Below are positions 10,160 through 18,532 of a stretch of DNA of 64,000 bases, piece by piece (the first letter of the stretch is position 1; each line of letters opens with the position of its first letter). The stretch comes from a virus. Both the position numbers and the translations under genes were made by a program. The stretch spans positions 1 through 64,000 of the IMG/VR virus record IMGVR_UViG_3300010399_000033. One strand, written 5' to 3'. The notes under the pieces are model-generated. The model was given only the letters and a program-made list of their open reading frames with translations, made no database searches and was not told the DNA's origin.

Positions 10160-11964
10160 AACGCCTTATCTTTGTTCTCGCTGCATGGCTGGCGCAGGTA
10201 TCATTCCTGTCAGCGCAGTCCTCCCCAAACTTCAGCCGCGGCTTTGTGCCGTCACCAGCGCAGTGGATCTCCTACTTCGCCGGCAAGCAGGACGTCCTCG
10301 GCTACAGCCCTGTCAACAAGGCAGGAGATACGATACTGGGTCGTTTGGTCGTCTCGTCCGGATCGATTTCTGGTCGCGCAGCCCTCAACGTTGCTCCCGG
10401 TACCGTTCCCAGCGCCCCCGTAGACGGGGATATCTGGGTGACGATCAATGGTCTGTTTGTGCAGATCGGCGGTCAGACGATCGGTCCGCTGCTGGCGGCT
10501 CCTATCACGATCGGCGATCTGTTCCTCAGCCCTATAACCATCGTCGACGCGACCGGCTGGTACGGATTGAACGTCGCGACACCCGACACGCCGCTGACCA
10601 TCGCATATGACAGCGGCACCACCCCGATAGAGACCGAGCCCGGCGCGCTCGCGCACTTCATCGGCACGACCGGCTTCGCCGGAACGCTCTGGGTGGACTC
10701 GTTCGGAAACGTTCCAACCGCGCTTGACTGCCGCGGTGCTGGTGGAACCAGAGAGGTACCGGCAGCATCAGGAGCAGGTGCTGTCCTCTGTCAGATCAAC
10801 GCGCAGGGCCACGACGGTACGGACTTCGCCAAGTCCGGCCGTCTGCGCTTCACCACGGCTGAGGCGTGGGCCCCCACCGCGCACGGGACGTACTTCGAGA
10901 TCTTCACGACCCAGATCGGGACGACCAACAACACCGCGAAGGTGAAGGTCGCCGATGACGGTGGGGTCATGGGCCCGCCGACCGTGACCGGAGGAAGCAA
11001 GGGCTCAGGCACCTCCAACATGGAGGGAGGCTTCTACGAGGCTGGCACGAAGATCACGCAGTCAAAAAGCACGATCATCACCACGACCAACACGTTCAGC
11101 CCGCAGACATGGTCGAAGACCATCCAGGTCGAGGCCTGCGGATCAGGAGGCGGCGGGGGCGGCGGTGCGCGTGTTGCGGCAAGTGGATCAGGCGGGGGCG
11201 GCGGTGGTGCAGGATCGTGCGCGCGGGCATCCTTCTCGGTAGCGGACGTCTCCTTTCCGATCACGTGCACCGTTGGTGCGGCTGGTACCGCAGGCACGGC
11301 CGCGTCGTCCGACTCCAACCCTGGGGGCAACGGCGGTGCGGGCGGAAATACGACGTTCGGTGCGCTGCTGACAGGCTTTGGTGGCGGCCTGGGTGCCGGA
11401 GGACAGAGCGCTGCTGCATCTGGCGGCGGAGGCGGTGCTGCGCTCGGCGCCGTCGGTGGAAATGCTAGCGGGTCGACCGCTGGTTCTGCGGGTACCGGTG
11501 TCTCCAATGGCGGTGCTGGTGGCAGCGGTGCTGCAGGTGCCGCGTCAAACTTCGGCGGTAGTGGCGGCGGGGGCGGCGCAGCGACCGGAGGTGCTTTCGC
11601 TGGCGGATCGACCTCACCCTCGGGGGGCGCGACCGGCGGCGGTTCAGGCGGAGGCATCACCGCGGGTCCGACGTTCAACGCGGGTGGTGCGGGTGGTCCG
11701 ACCATCCAGAACGTGTCAGGACTTGCTGGCGGCGCGACTGATGGGGCATCCGGCACGAGCGCTGCGCAGAGCATCTACTTCAACTCGTCTAATGGTCTTG
11801 GAGGAGGTGGAGGCGCGTCGTCTGCAGCTTCCACTGCGGGTGCCGGAGCTGCCGGGCAGATTCCTGGTGGCGGAGGAGGTGGCGGAGGAACCTCCATCAA
11901 CACTCACACGGCTGGCAACGGCGGCCTGGGCGGAAAGGGATGGTGCCGGGTCGTAGAGTTCTGA
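10156..11964 (+). CDS. Second fibre-like protein with predicted Sec signal peptide and glycine-rich C-terminal domain
   Basis: ATGA overlap at 10156; MKRLIFVLAAWLAQVSFLSA|QSSPN. First ~110 mature aa are paralogous to 7538..10159. Confidence 0.7.
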   Translation: MKRLIFVLAAWLAQVSFLSAQSSPNFSRGFVPSPAQWISYFAGKQDVLGYSPVNKAGDTILGRLVVSSGSISGRAALNVAPGTVPSAPVDGDIWVTINGLFVQIGGQTIGPLLAAPITIGDLFLSPITIVDATGWYGLNVATPDTPLTIAYDSGTTPIETEPGALAHFIGTTGFAGTLWVDSFGNVPTALDCRGAGGTREVPAASGAGAVLCQINAQGHDGTDFAKSGRLRFTTAEAWAPTAHGTYFEIFTTQIGTTNNTAKVKVADDGGVMGPPTVTGGSKGSGTSNMEGGFYEAGTKITQSKSTIITTTNTFSPQTWSKTIQVEACGSGGGGGGGARVAASGSGGGGGGAGSCARASFSVADVSFPITCTVGAAGTAGTAASSDSNPGGNGGAGGNTTFGALLTGFGGGLGAGGQSAAASGGGGGAALGAVGGNASGSTAGSAGTGVSNGGAGGSGAAGAASNFGGSGGGGGAATGGAFAGGSTSPSGGATGGGSGGGITAGPTFNAGGAGGPTIQNVSGLAGGATDGASGTSAAQSIYFNSSNGLGGGGGASSAASTAGAGAAGQIPGGGGGGGGTSINTHTAGNGGLGGKGWCRVVEF

Positions 11965-12030
11965 AATACGTTTGCTAAGCACGATTTGGCCTGATAAAAG
12001 GCGGGATTGAGTTAAACAGAGTGCCTCGAA

Positions 12031-12687
12031 ATGATCATCGCGAAAGAAGCTGTCGACTTCATCGTGGCTAAAGAGGTCTCATCCCGCCAACATTACGAGG
12101 CGGTGCTTCACCGCCCTGAGTGGCCTGAGGGCGAGTCCGGAGTGACGATTGGCATTGGCTACGACTTGGGCTACGCTACGCGTAGCGACGTTGATCACGA
12201 TTGGGGGCCGTATCTTCCTGCTGAGATGATACCCCAGCTTAAACGTTGCTGCGGAGTAACAGGGATCGCCGCTCGCGATCTATGCCGGAAGGTTCGTGGT
12301 AGCATCTCTGTTCCGTGGACAGCTGCCATGATTGTGTTTATGGAGCGCGATATCCCCAAGTGGGACTCCGCGGTCCGAAAAGCCCTTCCAAATTACGACG
12401 AGCTTGGTTTGCTGTGTCGTGGTGTGCTCGTCAGTCTCGCATACAATCGCGGCGCATCGTTCAGCAAGAAAGGCGATCGCTACGAGGAAATGCGCGCGAT
12501 CAAAGCGCGCATGACAGCTCGTGACTTTCTCGCCATACCGGCTGAGATAGAATCGATGAAACGTCTTTGGACGTCGCCGTCGAATCGAGGCGTTGCCCTG
12601 CGGCGTGGTGGGGAGGCTGAGCTGTTTCGGAAAGGTTTGCAGCAGATGGCTGCTGCATCGAATGAGGAGAGTAGCGGAAAGTCATGA
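12031..12687 (+). CDS. Endolysin (pesticin-C/lysozyme-like muramidase)
   Basis: KE..Y..P.WP.G.SGVTIGIGYDLG...LVSLAYNRG...RR.GEAELF; first gene of the lysis cassette. Confidence 0.85.
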   Translation: MIIAKEAVDFIVAKEVSSRQHYEAVLHRPEWPEGESGVTIGIGYDLGYATRSDVDHDWGPYLPAEMIPQLKRCCGVTGIAARDLCRKVRGSISVPWTAAMIVFMERDIPKWDSAVRKALPNYDELGLLCRGVLVSLAYNRGASFSKKGDRYEEMRAIKARMTARDFLAIPAEIESMKRLWTSPSNRGVALRRGGEAELFRKGLQQMAAASNEESSGKS

Positions 12688-12983
12688 ACACCGATCAGAC
12701 AAAGGGCATCGCCGAGCGCCTGGTCTACGCCGCCGTGATGGCGGTGTTGGTGAAGCTCGTCGGAAAGGGCTACATCGACCAGGACATGGCCGCGTACATC
12801 GCCGCAGGCGCGACCACCGCGGTCGGCGGCGCGTGGGCATGGTGGATCAACCGTCCGAAGGCGCTTGCACAAGCCGCAGCAGCTCAGAAGGGCTTCACCG
12901 TTGTGACCGACGCGCAGACCGCGCACGACACCCCTGAGACCAACATCGTATCTAGCGCAACCATGAAGGTGGTCCCGAAATGA
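12684..12983 (+). CDS. Putative holin
   Basis: 99 aa, two hydrophobic helices ending AWAWW; ATGA-coupled to the endolysin. Confidence 0.65.
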   Translation: MNTDQTKGIAERLVYAAVMAVLVKLVGKGYIDQDMAAYIAAGATTAVGGAWAWWINRPKALAQAAAAQKGFTVVTDAQTAHDTPETNIVSSATMKVVPK

Positions 12984-13354
12984 AGCGTTTCCTCGTCGCA
13001 GTTCTCGTCGCCGTCAGCATCACCGGCTGCGCGCAGCTCCGCATCCTCACCGGCTCGGTCGACAACCCGGTCGATCGCACCACGTTGGCGCAGGTCGAGC
13101 AGACCTTGGATCTCGCCACCAAGAGCCTGCTCGTCTATCGGCGCTCATGTCTCAGTGGAGCGGCGGACGTGCATTGCCGCGCCAACATTCGCGCGATCCA
13201 GGTCTATACTCGACAGGTGCCGCCGCTGGTCGCGCAGCTGCGGGGATTCGTCAAGGACAATGACCAGGTCAACGCGCTGGTCGTTTACAATCAGCTCACG
13301 CAGCTGATGACCAACGCCAAGCGCATCGCCATTGCGAGCGGCATCACGCAATAG
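12980..13354 (+). CDS. Lipoprotein in the lysis cassette (spanin-like role possible)
   Basis: MKRFLVAVLVAVSITG|C lipobox; coupled to the holin. Confidence 0.65.
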   Translation: MKRFLVAVLVAVSITGCAQLRILTGSVDNPVDRTTLAQVEQTLDLATKSLLVYRRSCLSGAADVHCRANIRAIQVYTRQVPPLVAQLRGFVKDNDQVNALVVYNQLTQLMTNAKRIAIASGITQ

Positions 13355-13392
13355 CGCGCCGCTCGACATCCAAACAAGGAAGGAGACGGAAT

Positions 13393-13614
13393 ATGGACTA
13401 CGTGAAAATCATGGAGCTGCTGGGCAAGGGTCTCGGCGTCCTTGAGCAGGTCATCAACGCGACTCCCGAGGTCGTCAAAATCATCGACCGCATGAAGCGC
13501 CTGTCCGAAGGCGGCCAGAAGGGAACGATCACTGACGCTGAGCTGGCGGAGGTCGAGGCCGAGTTCGACCACGACCTCGCCGAGTTCAACAAGGACCTCC
13601 CCGACGACGCGTGA
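13393..13614 (+). CDS. Small amphipathic helical protein
   Basis: Strong RBS (aaggaaggag) and 73 aa ORF. Confidence 0.65.
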   Translation: MDYVKIMELLGKGLGVLEQVINATPEVVKIIDRMKRLSEGGQKGTITDAELAEVEAEFDHDLAEFNKDLPDDA

Positions 13615-13661
13615 GGGGGTGGGACTAGGAAGCTTATTTTTCTTCTGAGCACGAAAAAGGG

Positions 13662-14312
13662 ATGGGTGCCATGGAGATGAACGGCAAGCGCGAGGACAGG
13701 ATCATCCTCGCGGCAAATGGAAGCCACGCAGCCGGACACGCCAGTCACCAGCAGGACATTTCGTCCATGGCACCATCATCTAAGCAATCACAAGGGAACA
13801 AAACGTCTTTCGCACTGGTCGGAGGCATTCTCCTGCTTTTGGGAGCTGCCGGAGGGATCGGAGCGTGGACGTTTTGGCATGAGCGTCCGGTCCCCATGGC
13901 CGCGACCGCGGAACCGCGCAAGATTCTCAGCTATGGGGAGCCTGGGAAGGTCCACTTCAGAACGTCCGAGGTTCAGGCGGGCGAGAAGACCGGGATTTGC
14001 TTCGATAGCGTCGTCTGGCATGAGATCTGTCGATCGGAAATGGTCTTCAACGTGACGTGCTACAAGAAGATCCCGGGGTCGGCAGCCAATCTCGCGGAGC
14101 TGGCGCGCACGGATTATCCGGTCTATCAGATTTCCGTTCCGCAGCAGACCGGGCCCGTCACTCCCAAGTGCCGCCCGTTCACCATCCCTGAGGACTGTCT
14201 ACCCGGCCCACTGACACACTCGGGATTCGTCCGCCATGAGTGCGGACCGGACAACAAGCGCGAGACGTTGTACACGCCCGTGCCCACGTTCTCGACTGAG
14301 ATCAAGCCATAA
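13662..14312 (+). CDS. Single-pass membrane protein with Cys-rich extracytoplasmic domain
   Basis: TM segment FALVGGILLLLGAAGGIGAWTFW, then 6 Cys. Confidence 0.55.
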   Translation: MGAMEMNGKREDRIILAANGSHAAGHASHQQDISSMAPSSKQSQGNKTSFALVGGILLLLGAAGGIGAWTFWHERPVPMAATAEPRKILSYGEPGKVHFRTSEVQAGEKTGICFDSVVWHEICRSEMVFNVTCYKKIPGSAANLAELARTDYPVYQISVPQQTGPVTPKCRPFTIPEDCLPGPLTHSGFVRHECGPDNKRETLYTPVPTFSTEIKP

Positions 14313-14675
14313 ATGGCCGGTCTGGATAAGGCGATAGAGGGCCTGATTTCCGCGTTGCTTGGAGCAGGCCCGGTTGGTCTGCTCGCGATCGCCGGATGGA
14401 TCCTGGCTATTTTGTCGGTTCGTCTGGCAATCAAGTCGTATGACGAGCGTTTCGAGGATAATAAGGTAGCGCAAACGGCTATCAACGCCGCGAATGAGAT
14501 AAGCCGGAAACTGGCCGATCGTGTACAAACGCTGGAGCAGCTTACCGCTGCGATGGCGGAAGCGCAGCGGGTGTCCAACGAACTCCGGCAGCGCGAGAAC
14601 GATATCCGTCAGAGGGAGCTGCTCGTCATGGAGATGTCGCGCAATCGCCGCAACAGGGACACAGCTGGTGGGTAA
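14313..14675 (+). CDS. Membrane protein with coiled-coil C-terminus (holin/spanin-like architecture)
   Basis: N-terminal TM then heptad-like helix; abuts the previous stop. Confidence 0.55.
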   Translation: MAGLDKAIEGLISALLGAGPVGLLAIAGWILAILSVRLAIKSYDERFEDNKVAQTAINAANEISRKLADRVQTLEQLTAAMAEAQRVSNELRQRENDIRQRELLVMEMSRNRRNRDTAGG

Positions 14676-14919
14676 GCTGAGAAGGGTCCTGCAGTTTTTC
14701 AATCTGCTGCTTGGCATCGAAGATCATGATGCTAAGCGAGCTGCTGACCGGACGTCGTCCGCAATGCGCGACGAGGTCCAACGCATGCATGAAACCGCTA
14801 GCCAGATTCCGGACAAGGCCAACCCCGATTCTTCTTCGGACGAGGTGGACATGTTTGCGGTGCTGCCGCACGACATGCGCAATGAGGAGCAGCGGAGAAT
14901 GGTGGAGCGTGGCGAATGA
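14668..14919 (+). CDS. Hypothetical protein
   Basis: GTG start overlaps the previous gene end; stop overlaps the next ATG (ATGA). Confidence 0.5.
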   Translation: MGKLRRVLQFFNLLLGIEDHDAKRAADRTSSAMRDEVQRMHETASQIPDKANPDSSSDEVDMFAVLPHDMRNEEQRRMVERGE

Positions 14920-15377
14920 ATGCGGAGCTTCTTGAGGCAATCAATGCGTTGGTCGCGGCGTCCTTCATTGCAGCCGGCTTCATCGTGCTGCGCTATGTCT
15001 ACGGGGAGATCCGTGCGAATGGATACAAGCGCCTGCGCGTGCAGGCTGCCGTGTCGCTGGGAGCGATCTTTTGCGGAGAGGCGGTGAAGGCTGCGGTTAT
15101 CTGGTGGGTCCGCTCGTCCACCAATGACGGCCTGCCTCCGGATTTCATTGTGCTCCACCAGGATCAGATCATTTTCGTCGGAGCCGTGATTCTGGCGGTG
15201 GGCGTGCTGTGCTATATCCGGATCTGGGCGCCGCGGAAATGGGGCGAGTGGCCGTGGCTTGGAACAGCGGTCGTATCCGGAACGTTCGCCCTGATGGGTC
15301 TCATCCCGGCGCTGGTCGTGTGGCTGTTCCTGGGGATCGTGTTCTGGTTCTCGCGCTGGAAACGCCCTACTCTGTGA
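14916..15377 (+). CDS. Multi-pass membrane protein
   Basis: About four hydrophobic segments; last gene of the + strand late block. Confidence 0.6.
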   Translation: MNAELLEAINALVAASFIAAGFIVLRYVYGEIRANGYKRLRVQAAVSLGAIFCGEAVKAAVIWWVRSSTNDGLPPDFIVLHQDQIIFVGAVILAVGVLCYIRIWAPRKWGEWPWLGTAVVSGTFALMGLIPALVVWLFLGIVFWFSRWKRPTL

Positions 15378-15594
15378 TGCTGCTCACAGGTGGTCCCCAC
15401 CTGCAGTCTTTCACAGCGGCGTGAATATGACAGACGAGATGCGACTCGCGCCCTTGGTTCGCCGGCCGGCAGCAGCGCCGCCACTGCTTCTGCCAAGTTT
15501 GATATGAGCTTGGAGGCTGTGGCGGACACCATGCTTCGCAGCGCTCGCCATCTGGCGGTACACTCAGGTGCGGGCGATCACGATACGCCATCAC
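15367..15594 (-). CDS. Small Cys/His-rich hypothetical protein
   Basis: RBS ggagggg upstream; C..CC..CHIH pattern. Confidence 0.45.
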   Translation of the reverse strand: MMAYRDRPHLSVPPDGERCEAWCPPQPPSSYQTWQKQWRRCCRPANQGRESHLVCHIHAAVKDCRWGPPVSSITE

Positions 15595-15630
15595 TCCCCT
15601 CCGCAGGCAAAGACAATCGGAATGACAACA

Positions 15631-15672
15631 AGAAAAGGTCGGCGGGGGAGGACAGAGCCTCCCCCGCCGACC
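15631..15672 (-). terminator. Rho-independent terminator
   Basis: Perfect 15-bp stem ggtcggcgggggagg/cctcccccgccgacc (15637-15672) followed by TTTTCT on the - strand. Confidence 0.8.
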
Positions 15673-15735
15673 GTCGCCCGGCCTCAGCTTCCCCGACTAG
15701 CCCGGGTGCTCTGCTCACCGGCGCGATCCGCTATT

Positions 15736-16238
15736 TTATTGCCGACCCGCGGTCAGGCGATCGATGATCGCGATTAGCTCAGTCGTCGGAGCAATGTGAT
15801 TTCGGAAATTGTCGACCGTTTTCTTTTCATCCTCGGTCAGCTGCGCAATTGCCCTTCCCGCCAGCGCAGCTTCAATCCCATCCAGTGCCTTGTCGACCTG
15901 CTCGGCGACGCCGTTGCGCAGCGCATCGATCGCTTCCGCCGCTTTGTGGATCCGCCGCTCACGTCGGACCAGCGCGACATCGCGCTTTGCTCTGTCGCGC
16001 ACCGACGGGTGATCCTTGTGCAGCGTGACGCGATCAAAAGGCTCGCGATTGCACCTTCGCGCGGTATATGCACCGTTGCTTGTTCCGGTTGATCGCCATT
16101 GCAGGCTACTTCCGACCAGCGTGAAGTTCCCGTTCTTGTGAACCTTCGCGACCGTCCCTTTCGTCCAGGTCCGACGTCCCGTGGCTCGATCGCTCGATGA
16201 GCACGGTGACTCCCGGCTTGAACGGGTGGGTCGGTCAT
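15736..16238 (-). CDS. Hypothetical protein (5' end apparently frameshifted)
   Basis: MTD.., PFKPGVTVLIERS and WTKGTVAKVHKNGNF lie in three different frames across 16170-16238. Confidence 0.45.
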
Positions 16239-16453
16239 GGAACTTCCTCCAGGTGCGCCCGAGGAATGGTGAAGGAATAGCCCTGTCCTTCCGGATCAGT
16301 CGTAACGGATACGTGCTCGACTCCCAGGGAACGAGTGTCGTCGCTGGCAAGGCCATAGTCGTGACGAATAAGCTCGTACACGACAGATCCAGCCTTGCAT
16401 TCAGGCACAAGTGCGGAGTCACGGACGATGCGATACTTTTGGGGTTTTCTCAT
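16235..16453 (-). CDS. Hypothetical protein
   Basis: DYGLASDDTR..G.EHVSVT.DP.G..Y.FTIP small phage-type protein; coupled to neighbours. Confidence 0.6.
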   Translation of the reverse strand: MRKPQKYRIVRDSALVPECKAGSVVYELIRHDYGLASDDTRSLGVEHVSVTTDPEGQGYSFTIPRAHLEEVP

Positions 16454-16708
16454 TTACTCGTCCTCGTCGGGTTCCAGCTGGCGCGTCTGCGCCTCGGTCA
16501 GCTCCACTTGGGCGTGGACCAGATCCGTCTGCGCTTCGATCAATGCTGTTTTGGCCAGTACCAGCTCAGACAGACGCCACGTGATTGCCAGAATGCTCCA
16601 CAGGGCGTATGCGCAAATCAGGATGATGACGGAAACTACTATCTGCTCCATCCAGCTTAGTTCGTGGATCGCGGCGCGGATAGCCTCGATGTCGACGCCG
16701 GTCATCAC
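16454..16708 (-). CDS. Small membrane protein with coiled coil
   Basis: One TM segment then AQ-repeat helix. Confidence 0.5.
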   Translation of the reverse strand: MMTGVDIEAIRAAIHELSWMEQIVVSVIILICAYALWSILAITWRLSELVLAKTALIEAQTDLVHAQVELTEAQTRQLEPDEDE

Positions 16709-16974
16709 GGCGCTCCCGTCATGGAACGGGCGACCGTGGCCGCCGTCTCCAACCCAAGCCGCCTCGACGTGGAATTATGTGAGCTTGGGATGTCATCCCG
16801 CATTGTCAGCAGCCGCTCGCTGATCTGGTGGCCCGTCTCGCTGACGATCAATGCCAGCGCAGCCGCGACGGCCGGACTCGGCAATGCGTCGGAGCGGTTG
16901 AGCTTCATCTCAGTTGCCAACAGCTGCTCGAATGTGTCGAGGATCCGCCTGTATTCGCTTGTTACCTGCGTCAT
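16705..16974 (-). CDS. Hypothetical protein (paralogue of 17380..17601)
   Basis: Shares F.(Q/E)LL..E.....PSPA.AAA.AL..E with 17380..17601. Confidence 0.5.
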   Translation of the reverse strand: MTQVTSEYRRILDTFEQLLATEMKLNRSDALPSPAVAAALALIVSETGHQISERLLTMRDDIPSSHNSTSRRLGLETAATVARSMTGAP

Positions 16975-17131
16975 GTCCGCCGCTCCTGCGATGCCTCTCG
17001 TGGACTTCGCGCTGCCATGAAGATTGCAGCGATCTCCGGATCCTGGTCCCCGGCATAGCCGGAACGAACGCGGTTGTCGATCTCGCGCAGCATGCGCGAC
17101 ACGTAGACCAACACATCCAAATCCTTGTCGG

Positions 17132-17383
17132 TCACGGCTGCGCATCCTCCAGCGTCTTCAGCAGAGCGGCCTTGAGGCCGTCGCTGACTGCGAATGACTT
17201 GCTGTATGTTTCTCCGCGCCGCACCGCGCCGCTGCGTCCGATATAGTATCGGAAATGCCTTTGCCCAGGACGGTCAAGCGGATGTGTGATCACGAATGTG
17301 CGTGCCTTCTTCGTCGGAGACGGAAGCACTTCGGTGGCGCCGCGCTTAAGCAGAGCGGCGACAAATCGATCTTGGAGCGTCAT
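17132..17383 (-). CDS. Hypothetical protein
   Basis: MTLQDRFVAAL...YYIGRSGAVRRG; ATGA coupling. Confidence 0.55.
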   Translation of the reverse strand: MTLQDRFVAALLKRGATEVLPSPTKKARTFVITHPLDRPGQRHFRYYIGRSGAVRRGETYSKSFAVSDGLKAALLKTLEDAQP

Positions 17384-17601
17384 GACTTGTCCTCCGATAG
17401 GGTGACGGCCTCCAGTGCCAGCACGAGCGACCGCTGCGCGCGGGCCCTTGCGGGAGGCAGCATGCACTCCTCGCGCATCAGCGCGATCGCGGCGGCAAAG
17501 GCGGGTGACGGATCCATCGGCCCACGCTCCTTCACGCGCTCCTGTTCCAGGAGTTCCGCAAATTTGCGGACCGCGGGATCGTTCAAGGTGCTGGTGTACA
17601 T
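17380..17601 (-). CDS. Hypothetical protein
   Basis: RBS aagaagggg; first gene after the promoter at 17739-17773. Confidence 0.55.
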   Translation of the reverse strand: MYTSTLNDPAVRKFAELLEQERVKERGPMDPSPAFAAAIALMREECMLPPARARAQRSLVLALEAVTLSEDKS

Positions 17602-17738
17602 GACTTGCCCCTTCTTTAGCGTTAATGTGGCGGGTCTAGGTCCTCATTTATTCCCCGGCTGGGAGGACTCCACGAGTGCCGGGCCAGATGTCACCATGTC
17701 AACCCGCCTGGGTGACCAACGACTGAACTCATGATCAA

Positions 17739-17773
17739 CGTATAGCAGAGCTTCTGGGGCGTTGCAAGAGCTA
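17739..17773 (-). promoter_or_regulatory. Sigma70-type promoter with conserved upstream TAGCTC
   Basis: - strand TAGCTC-TTGCAA-N17-TATACG. Confidence 0.55.
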
Positions 17774-18097
17774 ACCTGCAAAATCGGGTGGCCAGTCTTC
17801 GTACCATCCGGATTGCTGCGGACGCTCGCGCTTTGGCGGAGTCCCGCGATTCGACATGCGGACCCAGCCGCCAAGCACGCGCCGAAAGTCCAGCTCGCCG
17901 TCGAAGACCTCCTGCTCAACGATATCGTGCATCCGTTCGCCCGGGCAGTCGGTGGGGATCGATCCCTCCGCTCCCCCGCACACGACGCACATCGAGAGGC
18001 CGTTGCATGACCAGCACGCCGACCCTCCATCGTCGTGTTCCTTGTCGCAGACGTACCATCGGTGTCCCGGTACTGGGAATGGGATGATCTGCGCCAT
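17771..18097 (-). CDS. Zn-finger hypothetical protein
   Basis: C..C.GLS.C.VCGGAEGS.PTDCPG. Confidence 0.6.
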   Translation of the reverse strand: MAQIIPFPVPGHRWYVCDKEHDDGGSACWSCNGLSMCVVCGGAEGSIPTDCPGERMHDIVEQEVFDGELDFRRVLGGWVRMSNRGTPPKRERPQQSGWYEDWPPDFAG

Positions 18098-18532
18098 GTC
18101 CTTGCCCTCCTGGATGCCTCGTGGTCGCTCTAGGAGCGTCACCGGTGCGTTTTTGGGGTGGTCCCTATACGACCCTAGCGGGCCGCCTCTAAATACGCTG
18201 ATTCACGTAGTACCTGAATACTGCAATCTTGGGAACTGTTCGTTCGGAACCAGCCGGGAGTCAGGTCCGGCCAGCCGATTCTGGGTCGAGCATGTCATCC
18301 ACCGGGCCCGCCCACGGGATCGGAACGACCTTGACCGGCGCGGAATGACCGCTCCGCGCCTTCAGCCGTGCCGTCGCGAGCATTGCGATCTGCACGATGA
18401 TCTTAAGCTCGCGGTCGTTCCAACGTCGCAGAAACAGCGGGAAAAACTTCGGATACCAACGGGCATCCGTGCTCAGTCCGTCGTGCATCCGCCATTCGTG
18501 GTCGACGCAGACCGCCACGGTGTAGAAGTCCA

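Noticed and set aside
11140-11950. GGC/GGT repeats as a DNA repeat array
   Set aside because: Explained by glycine-rich fibre coding; the same applies to 140-300 and 7020-7480.
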